Below are positions 50,394-62,584 of a DNA stretch of 64,000 bases, in pieces. Where the stretch lies: contig OZ249438.1 in assembly GCA_965235115.1 (NCBI GenBank), forward strand, positions 43,586,001-43,650,000, given 5' to 3'. The DNA comes from Laetmonice hystrix. Its lineage: Eukaryota. Positions within the stretch are counted from its first letter, which is position 1. Every line of letters starts with the position of its first letter. The translations under genes were made by a program, and so were the position numbers. The notes beneath the pieces are model-generated. The model did no database searches and was not told the origin of the DNA. It worked only from the letters and a program-made list of their open reading frames with translations.

Positions 50394-51064
50394 AAGGTCA
50401 ACTTTTCATTATTCCTATCATGTTACATTCCCTACAAGATAACGACAAATCCCTCATCCGTGCACCAAGTGTTGACTTTCTGACATCTTTGAGATCTTAT
50501 TGATGAATCCGCGGATAGATGTTAGATCAGTATTAACATGTGGCGAGCTCTTTGAAATCATAGGTGACTGTTAAGGCTGAATTGTTATTTTGGTCTTTGT
50601 TTTGATATAGACCTACATGTATAACAGAGTGTTACAAAATACCACATTTATAATGCTACCCAAGTCAACGATGAGTTATTGAGAGTTCAAGTAGAAATAT
50701 GAGACGCGGACTCCGGTGAAATGTTCTGGAATGTCTCCCCTAGATTCAGGAGTTCGTTTACCCCTCTTCCCCATGTCAAATCCATATTGTCCGTAACGTA
50801 TTTTATTTCTCTGATTCAAGCACTGGGCACGATCTGTCGGTAGAGTAAGCCTATTTGTCTTCAAAGTATTTTGCGGAGTCGTTCGGTTACCGGAAGCCGG
50901 GGCTGGACCGACCACTTCCGGTGGTAGTATCCGGGTCGTGGTAGATGTAGAGGAATGACAAACAGGACTGGTAATGGAGGTCCCTGGCGGCCCCAGTACT
51001 CTGTCAATCTCCACCACATTCTGTCAGTCTCATTCCACATGGGAGGCAACCTTCTCTAGGATAG

Positions 51065-51441
51065 ATATCATACAAATTTCCATTCCTGCTGGGCAGGACG
51101 TGGGCCCAGTTTTATATCATACAAATTTCCATTCCTGCTGGGCAGGACGTGGGCCCAGTTTCCATTCCTGCTGGGCAGGACGTGGGCCCAGTTTTATATC
51201 ATACAAATTTCCATTCCTGCTGGGCAGGACGTGGGCCCAGTTTCCATTCCTGCTGGGCAGGACGTGGGCCCAGTTTCCATTCCTGCTGGGCAGGACGTGG
51301 GCCCAGTTTCCATTCCTGCTGGGCAGGACGTGGGCCCAGTTTCCATTCCTGCTGGGCAGGACGTGGGCCCAGTTTCCATTCCTGCTGGGCAGGACGTGGG
51401 CCCAGTTTCCATTCCTGCTGGGCAGGACGTGGGCCCAGTTT
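51065..51441. repeat. 33-bp minisatellite with longer variants, ~10 copies
   Basis: Unit tttccattcctgctgggcaggacgtgggcccag. Confidence 0.96.
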
Positions 51442-52015
51442 TGTAAGGTATGCCCTCTGGATCAAAGGCTCGGTCGTTCAGTAATGAAGGTACAAGTTCA
51501 GTAATGAACGCTTGGATCAAGTGGTGTGCCGCCCCCGCCTCACTACGTCACGTGACAAGGCCAGCGTTCTGCGCGGCGTACCAAGGACGGGATAGTTATG
51601 TCAGCGACGTGCCGAACGGAACAACGCCGTGATATTGGAGCGGGACCGGGAGGGGGCGGTCCCGGAGTAAACCTAAACAACCCCCGGGTTGATTGCTGTA
51701 TTGAGGTTGGCATTGTGGACTGGAGGTTGGGAGGAAGTCGAGCAGAATGCCACATCGTAAATCTCATTACCTCCAGGTCCCCCTACCCTGACCAGCCTAC
51801 TCCCCTCGTCCTCGGCTGTCGGTCCAGGCGAATGGCGCCCTGATCAAATTTGACTAGAGTACAGATATTTACAGTGAGTCACTTCCAACATTTAAATATG
51901 AAATCCCGAGTGAGATACCGTACCAGTGCGGCAACTGTTTCCTATCTACAATGGGACTTCGCCCATCAATGATTGAAGGGCCATTTAGTTTATCTTTGTG
52001 ACAGGAGGTACTTAC

Positions 52016-52291
52016 GGCAAGTGGTCAGGGTAAGAAATATTTGATGACAATGAACATTTCTGTCCGTCCCTTGCTGTGTACCTATCCTTCTCAGCTTGGA
52101 TCCAGCTATCCGTGAGGGCATTGGAAGATGGGCAGAATATCCATTGCCTGTTCTACCCATTGTGTATGCGGAACAGGGCCTGGATTTGATGGAAGACGAA
52201 CGGAAGGACATCGACAGTCTACCAGGGACACTGGACCCTCTCTGATTGCGTTGGAAAGAGGACGGACATCGGTGTATGGTTGTACATGTAC
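52016..52291 (-). CDS. Candidate 276-nt phase 1-1 exon, unidentified
   Basis: Acceptor tagcag, consensus donor gtaagt, 92 codons open. No homology recognised. Confidence 0.2.
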
Positions 52292-54905
52292 CTGCTAGCT
52301 ACCTTTTTACAAAATAGAAATGTGTTTTTCTACTTCTATTCGGATTCAGTGGTGTCACGACTTCGTCTGACGTCACTCGTATAACGTTAACGCAGTAATT
52401 TGATGTTTGAAAAAGGGAACTATTTTTTAGTTGTGTTGTAGCCTGAACATGGATGGTCATGTTTCGTTATGGTGAGAGCATATAGAATCGGTATAGGATA
52501 TTCTCTGTCACGTGAAATACATGATTATTGAGGGAGCGTTTCACAAACAGCGACTGAGCAACAAATGGTGGATGGAGAGTCTGGCGTTCCGGTCGGCCCG
52601 TCTGTCAGTATCAGTGAAACGGTCCCCAGATGGCAGACGATGTTTTATAATCCAATAAACACCTTTTGATTGCAAGGAGGTGCCTGAAGGGAGAAATAAA
52701 CTTCCGTGGGGTTCCCAATAACCTTCAGCAGAGGGCCTGAATTGAGAAATCAAACACAGACCTCTTTCTCGTGTGTACTATTTTCCATTTTCACCATGTT
52801 TTCGCCGTTAAGATGGCGTTCGTAAAATGACGAACGCTGACTGATGCACTGACGAAACATCCGGTCACATCCAACCGTGCCAATCACTGCAGGACTTATC
52901 CAGGTTCAAACTGTCGACCCTGGTGACTACAAAAATGGTGAAAGGGAGAAAAAGGAAACAGTCTGCCTGTTGGAGGAGACGTGTGCATGGGATGATAGCA
53001 TTGTTGTACACTAACGTGAAAGATTTCAAAAAACCTTGTGATTGTCAAATTTCGAACTGGAATCCTTCACGCGGGAAGCCAGCGATCTGCCTTATCATTT
53101 GGACACAGCTCGCTCGCTGTTTCACAATATTTTGGTCCCGAAGGAAGTTGGTGTGAGACGGAAAATAACCAGAAAGAAATCAAAAACAGATCCTGAATGG
53201 CGAGAAATGAAGAGACAGAAAGCCGAACCAGTTGTTCCCGAGAACGGACTCCCGTTTTCCTTTTTTTTTATGAAGGTGAATTAGTCTGGTCACAATCAAA
53301 TCATGCCGACCGTATCGAGGCTAAGAGATTTTTTAGGTTGACCCCCCCCCCCCCTTATCAAACTCCTGGATCCCCCATTGTCGAATATATGCTTTCGACA
53401 ATGCCCTATCCTGAAGACTCTTCAGTATGGCTGTGTTTGTAAGAGCTAGGTCTGATGGAAGTCGTAAACACTGAGAGGTCGTAATGCGTAGATCATGATA
53501 CTTAAGAATTTAACACCTGGGTAAGATGGGATCCATGAATATTTTATTAGCTCTATTATAGAATGGCAAAACAGGATCGTAATATCTACAGAATATTAAC
53601 ATGCATCTTGATTAAGCATTAGACAGTAGAATTGAATTACATTCCCATCTTGTATTTTGTTTGTGCTTTAAGTCGCAGTGCCGCAAGACGAATTCAATTT
53701 CCTTCATTCTTGGTTAGAAGATACAATAAAAGCATTGCGTGACCGAAATATACCAGAGCTATGGGGAACATGTCATGCCACTGTCCAGGCAAATGTAGGT
53801 TAAACTTAATTCTGGAAAAACGATGTGAAATCTGCTGTATGCTGTAATTTCTAACACGAGAAAATTACAGCGCTGATTGACTGGATCATGGTCGGGATAT
53901 GAGTACTCTAATGGAGGCTCCAAAACTGGTCTATCCATCACGTGATGGTTAGGCTGCCTTGGACTGGTGTGAGTGGTAAGATTAAGATGTCGTAGTCAGT
54001 CAGTGCCACTAGTCGAGGGCTCTTTCATCACCCCGACCCTCACCGGCTGTGTCTGAAGCACGGTACAGCGGTAGGCAGACACCTCAGCTCCAGTGATTGG
54101 GGTTATGAGACCAGATGAAGTGGCCACAGGCTGGCAGCCACAGAAATATGTCATCATCAGGAGGCCCCACTGATATATCGATGTGCCGGGGGCCCAATTT
54201 GTAAAGGGTGTCGCCCACAAAAGAAATGTTGCATGTCAATGGCCCTTTACTGTGGCAGACTTCCTGGCACCTCACAGATACCTGTTCGCGACGCGGGCCG
54301 ACTGAAAGCCTTCCAATGTAATATCTGGTATTAAAAGAACATTTTACCAAAGTGATGGATCCCAAGAAGTGTTGTAAGAGCTATAGAATGCGTAGCCTTA
54401 ATGGAATTATGATAATCGCATAATCTCCCGGAGTTGGCGTAGTCTGAAGGGCATCGATTGATTTTTCTAAATTCACGGCCCGACAAGAAATCTTGAGAGG
54501 CTTTACAACACACAAGAGACTTTTGTTCTTTACTGTGTGGCGATACGGAAAGCGGTGTAGATTGTATATTTAGACTTGAAAAGGCCTTCTTATAAAGGGT
54601 AATCAGGAAAGTTCTTCTGGCATAAAAAAAAGCTTCCTTCTTTTGTCAAGGAAATTGGAGGTGCAGAGTCGAAGACCTGTATGAAACTCTTTTTGCAAAA
54701 CAGATTTTGCTGTTAACTGTGAGACCATACACTATTGAACGTATTGAACCACAGAATCTGTTTCTTGTCTGCAACCAAACGACGTGGTAGAATGAGAGGC
54801 GGCGAAAGAAATTAAGACTGATCTTGGCATTGTTGCATTATACGTGGAAGCCAGTGGAAGGTTAGGGACAGGTTGGGAGGTTTCTAAATACAACGCCATT
54901 GCTAG

Positions 54906-55350
54906 TATCGCCGGTCTGATATTCGTTGTGGGGCGACCATCGCCGGTCCGATATTCGTTGTGGGGCGACCATCGCCGGTCCTGCGTTGTGGGGCGACCAT
55001 TGCCGGTCCTGCGTTGTGGGGCGACCATCGCCGGTCCTGCGTTGTGGGGCGACCATTGCCGGTCTGATATTCGTTGTGGGGCGACCATCGCCGGTCCGAT
55101 ATTCGTTGTGGGGCGACCATCGCCGGTCCTGCGTTGTGGGGCGACCATTGCCGGTCTGATATTCGTTGTGGGGCGACCATCGCCGGTCCGATATTCGTTG
55201 TGGGGCGACCATTGCCGGTCTGATATTCGTTGTGGGGCGACCATCGCCGGTCTGATATTCGTTGTGGGGCGACCATCGCCGGTCTGATATTCGTTGTGGG
55301 GCGACCATCGCCGGTCTGATATTCGTTGTGGGGCGACCATCGCCGGTCCT
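54906..55350. repeat. 28/32-bp minisatellite, ~14 copies
   Basis: Unit gttgtggggcgaccatcgccggtc(tgatattc/ctgc). Confidence 0.96.
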
Positions 55351-56065
55351 GCATACTTTATTGGACGGAGTTCTACATACGATATTACGTTTAGACCGCA
55401 ATGTCTCACGATGACGTCAGATTATGTTATACAATTATCCCAGCCATATCTAAGCTAGTTTCAGTCTCTATGTGATTTGTACTGATACATATTTGGACAT
55501 TTTCGGACTCGAACAACTTTGTAGAACGTTCGTCGTTTTATATTAAACCGTGATGTCGAACGTATTGTCTTGGTGAGACCTCGAGGTTTAGTTTTATTAG
55601 TTATTTAAGAAGGGATAAATGTAAAAAAAGAGATGTAGAACATCATGAGAATGAAACAGTCCTGTAGGATTCTCCAGGCAATATTTATCATCCTTAGCCC
55701 GGCACTGATGTGGACAGGATTGAGGATATCGCCTACCAGTCAGGACGAGGTGACATTGAAGGGACCCGCTCTAAATTTTGGACAGGATTTATCACACCTA
55801 GGGGTGTGGTTTCTCATCATGTCGTTAGCTTTTTCTCATCATGTCGTTAGCTTGTCGTATCGTTAACAACAATGTATTTTTAATGGGGATTTTAACGCAC
55901 GGACAGGATAACGATAAATGAGAAACGCATACCAGAGGCCTTTAATTGTTCTGCTACCCTTTGTGATTATAACTTAGATTGTGCTTAGAACCTCTGATTG
56001 GCTGGTCACACCCGATGACCAGCCAATTGAAAGCCCTTTAGAAATGTCTGTCCTTGGTGGTGGTG

Positions 56066-56148
56066 GTGGTGGTGGTGGTGATGGTGGTGCTGCTGCTGCT
56101 GCTGCTGCTGCTGCTGATGGTGGTGGTGATGGTAGTGGGGGTGGTGGC
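56066..56148. repeat. Compound (GGT)n(GCT)n trinucleotide tract
   Basis: Direct reading; encodes poly-His/Gln on the minus strand or poly-Gly/Ala on the plus strand if translated. Confidence 0.93.
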
Positions 56149-56626
56149 TGTGCTGATCCGGGTCTGCTGATGACACTAGCCCGACAGCTCGCACGTACAG
56201 CTGGCTGGCTTTGAATCGGTCCCTGGTGATCACCTCAGCTGTTACAAATCACTCAGCCGTGTCATATGTGACAACCCCAAAACGAGCACAGAACACAGAA
56301 CGGTGGCGAAATTAGATCAACGTCATGCATTTAATATCAGATGGTGGCATTTGATGATGTGTTAAATAAACGAATAGTGTCACTTGAACAGGTTGCAGCA
56401 GCAAGAAAGGGAACTTTACCCGTGAACCGATCTCATGGAGCCGTTCGACAGGTGTGGTACAATATGAGATGGGCGTGGTTGGATTTCATACAATAATGTA
56501 TTACATATACATGATATACCATACTTTGAGTGTGCCAACCTATATACACTGCGCAAAAACATGACTCTTTCTGACAGTGATTTATAGCGAATCGTTCAGC
56601 TTGTTGCTAAGTGATCAAGACGTGTT

Positions 56627-56771
56627 GTAGTAGGTGGTTGTCTGACTGACCCCACTTCAGGTCAGTCCTGCATGGGTGTAGGTAGTAGGTGGTTGTCTGA
56701 CTGACCCCACTTCAGGTCAGTCCTGGGTATAGGTGGTTGTCTGACTGAGCCCACTTCAGGTCAGTCCTGGG
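56627..56771. repeat. Short tandem repeat, 3 copies of a ~41-bp core
   Basis: gtaggtggttgtctgactgaccccacttcaggtcagtcctg occurs three times. Confidence 0.85.
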
Positions 56772-57372
56772 TACATACGGATCTGTTGATCTGTTGCACC
56801 TCACACCCCTCCAGAGCACCTGAACCCTCCCCTGACCAGATACCTGACCAGGTACTAGCTGCCTGCCGCACAACCGCTCGGTTTGCGTTTTGTAATATAA
56901 CCACAGAATAGTTGATATAACTATATATCATCATCACAGTTATACATTATATAGCTCGGGGTGAAAGGTACATTATCATTATCATAGTAAATACATCATA
57001 TATGTTACGTTATATTTCGTCGTCATGAAGATGTATACGTGTTCCGGGATTTTAACTTACCAGGATTGGATTGAATCGAGACCATAGAACATTATGGTAG
57101 ATAGGCGACTGCGAAACAATAACTACCGGCCGTGACTCCAGGTGGCGCACTAGTCTGTAGCGGCCTCAGGCCCAATGGTAACACACCTAAAGTTGATGTT
57201 CTTCTAAATTGTAGGCTACACCTCTCGCTGGATTCGACCAATTATGAAATTCATTTTCTGTTAAAGAAAAAATGTTGACTAACCAGAAAATATGCCCTTG
57301 CATGGCAACGTTTACCACTCAGTCACAAAGATACAGAAAGCCCAGCTATAAACACTTTCCTTGGGAACTGTC

Positions 57373-57484
57373 TTGATATTACTGTTGTTGATATTACTGT
57401 TGTTGATATTACTGTTGTTGATATTACTGCTGATATTACTGTTGTTGATATTACTGTTGTTGATATTACTGTTGTTGATATTAC
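57373..57484. repeat. 15-bp minisatellite, ~7.5 copies
   Basis: Unit gatattactgttgtt. Confidence 0.94.
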
Positions 57485-57499
57485 TCATTGTGACCGCTA

Positions 57500-57609
57500 C
57501 AGTGTTGCCAACCATCCGTATTTTGTACGGGAACCTCCGTATTTTCAGCTCACGTTTTTTATACAGGTCCGTTTTCCGTATTTTTGGGGTCCCCAGGTTG
57601 GCAACACTG
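57500..57609. mobile_element. hAT-like MITE, 110 bp
   Basis: Perfect 14-bp TIR cagtgttgccaacc/ggttggcaacactg; internal ccgtattt repeats; no intact 8-bp TSD. Confidence 0.7.
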
Positions 57610-58075
57610 CCCCATCTGTTTAACCTTGCATGATTTGCATTCAGACTACTTCCCTCTCCCGAGGAGGGTTGGGGTTGGGGTGACCCGTGCGATCATCCCA
57701 ACTGTGGATCACTCGGTGCGCAAGTTTTGTTAGTAGGGGACAGCTGCGTTCGCGCTATCCCATCATTCATAAATGAAGAATAAGTCAAAGCTGAATTAAT
57801 TTCCAGGTGATTTGTAATTTGCAGTTTTTATAGTACCCAGCTCGGCACAAGTCAGCAGGCTGCCGAATAGTCCAGGGAAAGGACTTCCGTTTTCGTAACG
57901 CTATGGTGTGGGAGTGATACGGCCGTGGGGGATTCTATATCTATATTTTTACCCGTGACGTCACGGCAGTTCACCGACTTGAGCCCAATCCACTTTCCTT
58001 TTTTTAAAGAGATCATAACATTAATTATTGACGGTTATGCCTACTCTCCTACGAATCCGCGTATTTCAAGCTTAC

Positions 58076-58227
58076 TTGATCTTGAATCTATCCCACTGGA
58101 CTGATAAAACATTCTGTCGTATCCATAACATTGTTGTGCTAGGTCTGTTGTTGATTATGAGCCACAATGAGGCGATACATCCCATATTTTTCATCTCAAT
58201 GGACTGAGAACCGAGAACGACCGCCAT
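58076..58227 (-). CDS. Candidate first coding exon of an unidentified minus-strand gene (MAVVLGSQSIEMKNMGCIAS...WDRFKI)
   Basis: gtcATGGCG start, 50 open codons plus 2 nt, donor gtaagc, directly downstream of a CCAAT/NRF1/GC-box cluster. No homology recognised. Confidence 0.3.
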
Positions 58228-58270
58228 GACCGTGTTAGCATTGTTAGGGCGGTCGTTACTATGCAACGGG

Positions 58271-58305
58271 ATTGGGCGCATGCGTTGCCTCGCACTGCTC
58301 CGCCC
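58271..58305. promoter_or_regulatory. Promoter-like motif cluster: reverse CCAAT, NRF1 (gcgcatgcg), GC box
   Basis: attgg 58271-58275, gcgcatgcg 58276-58284 and ctccgccc 58298-58305 in a CpG-rich patch. Confidence 0.55.
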
Positions 58306-59174
58306 GCTCTGCCCCCATAATCCAAATAAGGGCATGATTTGATTCGCGTGCTCTCGTCTCTAGCCAAATAGGTAAACGCTTAATTTATTAATGAAAAAAT
58401 ATTGTCTATTTTGGACGCGCCATGGTACTAGACTGCTAGAAACCCCTTAAAATAGGCCTAATTGTTTTTACTCAAGTTTTGTTGAATTGACTGCGTTTAT
58501 TTCAATTTTCGGACAGATTTCCTTTAACTTAAATGGTGTGATCCATGTCATTCTACAAAAATGGCAACTCGATTATTTATGCTTAATCCCTTAGTTATAT
58601 CACAATTGGCAAAAACATTTCGATGGTATAGGGCTACCATTGTGGCGGCTGAAACCAAACCGGGTCGGGGTACCAGTCTACTGTTGTCAGACCATGACAG
58701 AGAATGTGTCATTCTCTCACTGGTCAGATGGTCGGGGTGGGGTCGGGGTACCAGTCTACTGTTGTCAGACCATGACAGAGAATGTCCCACTCTCTCACCA
58801 GATGGCAGCAAGAGCACTACGTGAGGCAGACGACTTTCAGCGGGCGGGAACCGAACGGCGAACAGTCAGGCTAGCGGATAAATAGGGAAGGGAGGGAGTT
58901 ATGCTTGTTCCTTCACATTTTGCTGATCTAAACCCTTGCCGGACCCATGCAACACCCTCATAGCAAAATGCAATGGGATATTGTATGTGGTATTCTAAGT
59001 TGGCCTTGACAATAGGCCCTAGGTCTAGGCTAGAAAGTCTAGGCCTAGCCTGTAGGCCCTATAACAATTGATGTTCCTAGCTTGGCCTTCACGGCAAACA
59101 TTTGCCCTCGGTAGGCTGGTAGAGTATTTGTTTGTTTCATAGTATTTTATGTCCTGATTTGTTTCCCATTGCAG

Positions 59175-59284
59175 GGTCGCCCGCTGACCGCTCGGAACTT
59201 GAGGTCGGAGACGAAATCGTGGAGGTGAACGGTGAGACGCTAGAGGGCGCCTCGCACGCTGAGGTCATCTCTCACATTCATACT
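59175..59284 (+). CDS. Internal exon of a PDZ-domain protein (C-terminal half of the PDZ domain): (G)SPADRSELEVGDEIVEVNGETLEGASHAEVISHIHT
   Basis: Acceptor tttcccattgcag and donor gtaagt; 110 nt, phase 1 to phase 0, open. Translation matches the PDZ signature GSPA-x-x-x-L-x-x-GD-x-I-x-x-VNG-x-x-L-x-x-x-x-H-x-E-V. Not in the ORF track because it has no start codon. Confidence 0.93.
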
Positions 59285-59579
59285 GTAAGTTCAACTCTCT
59301 AGAGCAGCTAGCCTACCTCTAGGATTATTTAGACCAAAAAATCATTTGTTGAGAAATTTGAGGTCGTCCTACAAACTGTTATAGATAACATTTTACCATA
59401 ATTGTGAATTGTAAGAGAAAAGAAAAGGACTTTGCTGTCATTGACGAGGTCTTTAAATTAATATCGAGGGTGACCTCGGCCTAATGTTTATAAACATGAA
59501 GAATTTTTAGTCCTTCAATGTGGCATTGTTGGAATCAGAACAGATCAGGTCGAGGAATGGGCAGTGACCGGTCGACAAG

Positions 59580-61084
59580 AATGGGGGAAAGGTGGGCCCT
59601 CCTTACAACACTTTATACCAGGAGATGGGGGAAAGGTGGGCCCTCCTTACAACACTTTATACCAGAAGATGGGGGGAAGGTGGGCCCTCCTTAACTTTAT
59701 ACCAGAAGATGGGGGAAAGGTGGGCCCTCCTTACAACACTTTACACCAGAAGATGGGGGAAAGGTGGGCCCTCCTGACAACACTTTATACCAGAAGATGG
59801 GGAAAGGTGGGCCCTCCTTACAACACTTTATACCAGAAGATGGGGGAAAGGTGGGCCCTCCTGACAACACTTTATACCAGAAGATGGGGAAAGGTGGGCC
59901 CTCCTTACAACACTTTATACCAGAAGATTGGGGAAAGGTGGGCCCTCCTTACAACACTTTATACCAGGAGATGGGGGAAAGGTGGGCCCTCCTGACAACA
60001 CTTTATACCAGAAGAGGGGGGAAAGGTGGGCCCTCCTTACAACACTTTATACCAGAAGATGGGGGAAAGGTGGGCCCTCCTTACAACACTTTATACCAGG
60101 AGATGGGGGAAAGGTGGGCCCTCCTTACAACACTTTATACCAGAAGATGGGGGAAAGGTGGGCCCTCCTGACAACACTTTATACCAGAAGATGGGGGAAA
60201 GGTGGGCCCTCCTGACAACACTTTATACCAGAAGAGGGGGGAAAGGTGGGCCCTCCTTACAACACTTATACCAGAATATGGGGGAAAGGTGGGCCCTCCT
60301 TACAACACTTTATACCCGAAGATGAGGGAAAGGTGGGCCCTCCTTACAACACTTTATACCAGAAGATGGGGGAAAGGTGGGCCCTCCTTACAACACTTTA
60401 TACCAGAAGAGGGGGGAAAGGTGGGCCCTCCTTACAACACTTTATACCAGAAGATGGGGGAAAGGTGGGCCCTCCTTACAACACTTTATACCAGAAGATG
60501 AGGGAAAGGTGGGCCCTCCTTACAACACTTATACCAGAATATATGGGGGAAAGGTGGGCCCTCCTTACAACACTTTATACCAGAAGATGGGGGAAAGGTG
60601 GGCCCTTCTTACAACACTTTATACCAGAAGATGGGGGAAAGGTGGGCCCTCCTTAACTTTATACCAGAAGATGGGGGAAAGGTGGGCCCTCCTTGCAACA
60701 CTTTACACCAGAAGATGGGGGAAAGGTGGGCCCTCCTTACAACACTTTATACCAGAAGATGGGGGGAAGGTGGGCCCTCCTTACAACACTTTATACCAGA
60801 AGATGGGGGAAAGGTGGGCCCTTCTTACAACACTTTATACCAGAAGATGGGGGAAAGGTGGGCCCTCCTTACAACACTTTATACCAGAAGATGGGGGAAA
60901 GGTGGGCCCTCCTTACAACACTTTATACCAGAAGATGGGGGAAAGGGGGGCTCTTCTTACAACACTTTATACCAGAAGATGGGGGAAAGGTGGGTCATGG
61001 GGGAAAGGTGGGCCCTTCTTACAACACTTTATACCAGAAGATGGGGGAAAGGTGGGCCCTCCTTTCCCCTCCTGACAACACTTT
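59580..61084. repeat. 44-bp minisatellite, ~34 copies, intronic in the PDZ gene
   Basis: Unit gggggaaaggtgggccctccttacaacactttataccagaagat. Confidence 0.97.
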
Positions 61085-62075
61085 ATAGGCTGCCTAAATA
61101 CCGGAACAGAAGAAGTGCCAAGTGGAATTTTCTTAATCAAGAAGAACAGCGTTAAAAAACAATAAATTGATTACCGTACGCTTCTTTGACTACCCCTCCC
61201 CCCAGCGTTCACCCCCTCCGAGGGTGCGATAATGAGGGTTGAGCGTCGTACCCTCATTATGTAATAAAACATTGGTGACCTACTGACGCCATGCTGACGC
61301 CTGTAGCATGCCTCAGTGTTTACGTTTGGGCGTGACGGGAGGGGCCCTCTGACCTGTATAAGCAGCCATTGTTGGCGGCCATATTGAATAGCAAGCATAG
61401 CTCGCGGTTGGCCGGGGGAGAGTGGACGGGTGAGCGGGCCACGACACCCACCCACCTCCGTCAGAACAGCCCGGGAGCTGGGCAGGCGACTACCTTCCGT
61501 ACCACCCAGCTACAACCATAGCTACAACCCAGTACGGCCGCCCAACCTCCATTCTTACGTGTTTTCTCATTCGAAGCGCTGACAGAGTAAGAACTTTGGC
61601 ACAGTTTCACCTGGTTTATTACGGGTAGGGCTGAGCAGCGAGCTAGGCCGACCAGCCGAGGCAGGGCCAGTGTGGGCAGGAGTCGGGGCCAAGGAAAGTT
61701 TTCTCACGTGAAAACTGGGGCAGAGTGTTAGTGGTGACGACAGCCCCGTGTCGTACCGTGCAGCCTGTGGTCGTCTGACCAACTTATACCAGCCCCCCTG
61801 TGTGGTTTCTGTGGAGCCGTGGGTCTCTGAGAACTGACCAGTGAACACAGACCGTGGAGTATACAAACTCGGGATTACACGAGGAGGGACACGGAGACAG
61901 TGGGTGGATAGCCGGGAGGAGTGTGGGCAGGGCGGTTTACCCCTACGTGTCGGGAGACGGACGGACTGTTGACGGTCTGAGACCAGACTTGTTCCGAGTT
62001 GTTGAACCACTGTAGTCTCCCTCCCCCCTTCAGGTAGACTGACAGTCACAGGACTATTTCTGTTTTACTTGACAG

Positions 62076-62133
62076 TGTATCAAATCCCGGACTATACAAC
62101 TCAGAGTGAAGCGAAGCTGCGGGGAAAATATTG
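62076..62133 (+). CDS. Next exon of the same PDZ protein: CIKSRTIQLRVKRSCGENI (final PDZ beta strand)
   Basis: Acceptor tgttttacttgacag and donor gtaagt; 58 nt, phase 0 to phase 1, compatible with the previous exon. The I-x-L-x-V-x-R pattern is the usual last PDZ strand. Confidence 0.85.
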
Positions 62134-62584
62134 GTAAGTACTGACAATGAAATATTATTCTCCCGATTTAACGAAGCAAATGAATATATGAATTATTGAT
62201 TCTAAATATAATTTTTATGTAGATTATGGTGAGCGGTCTCATTGTGTTCTAATATTGACATGTATGCATTTATTATTTTACTGTTATAACCAGAATATGG
62301 GTAAAAATCAGTCCTTTCCTTGGAGTGATTGCACCGTACAATTTTTTTTATTAATCATAGATGAAGATGCCAATATTGTGATTTTCATGACTGCATGATA
62401 TTTTTATGGTTTTTCCACCAAAAAAAAAAAAGTTAAACTGGACTGGAACAAAACAAATGAGTGTCAAATAATATGTTGTAGCATTGAGATAAAAACAGCT
62501 TAGTAAATGTTAGTAAGATAATAAGTGTTACTAGTACACGCATACTTTTGTGGAGGATTTTTTTTTAAATGACATTTGCTGAGT

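Noticed and set aside
57312-57633. Poly-Asn/Ser and poly-Leu ORFs
   Set aside because: Translation of a 15-bp repeat plus a MITE.
59564-61155. Many overlapping plus-strand ORFs (MGERWALL...)
   Set aside because: 44-bp array inside the intron defined by the two PDZ exons.
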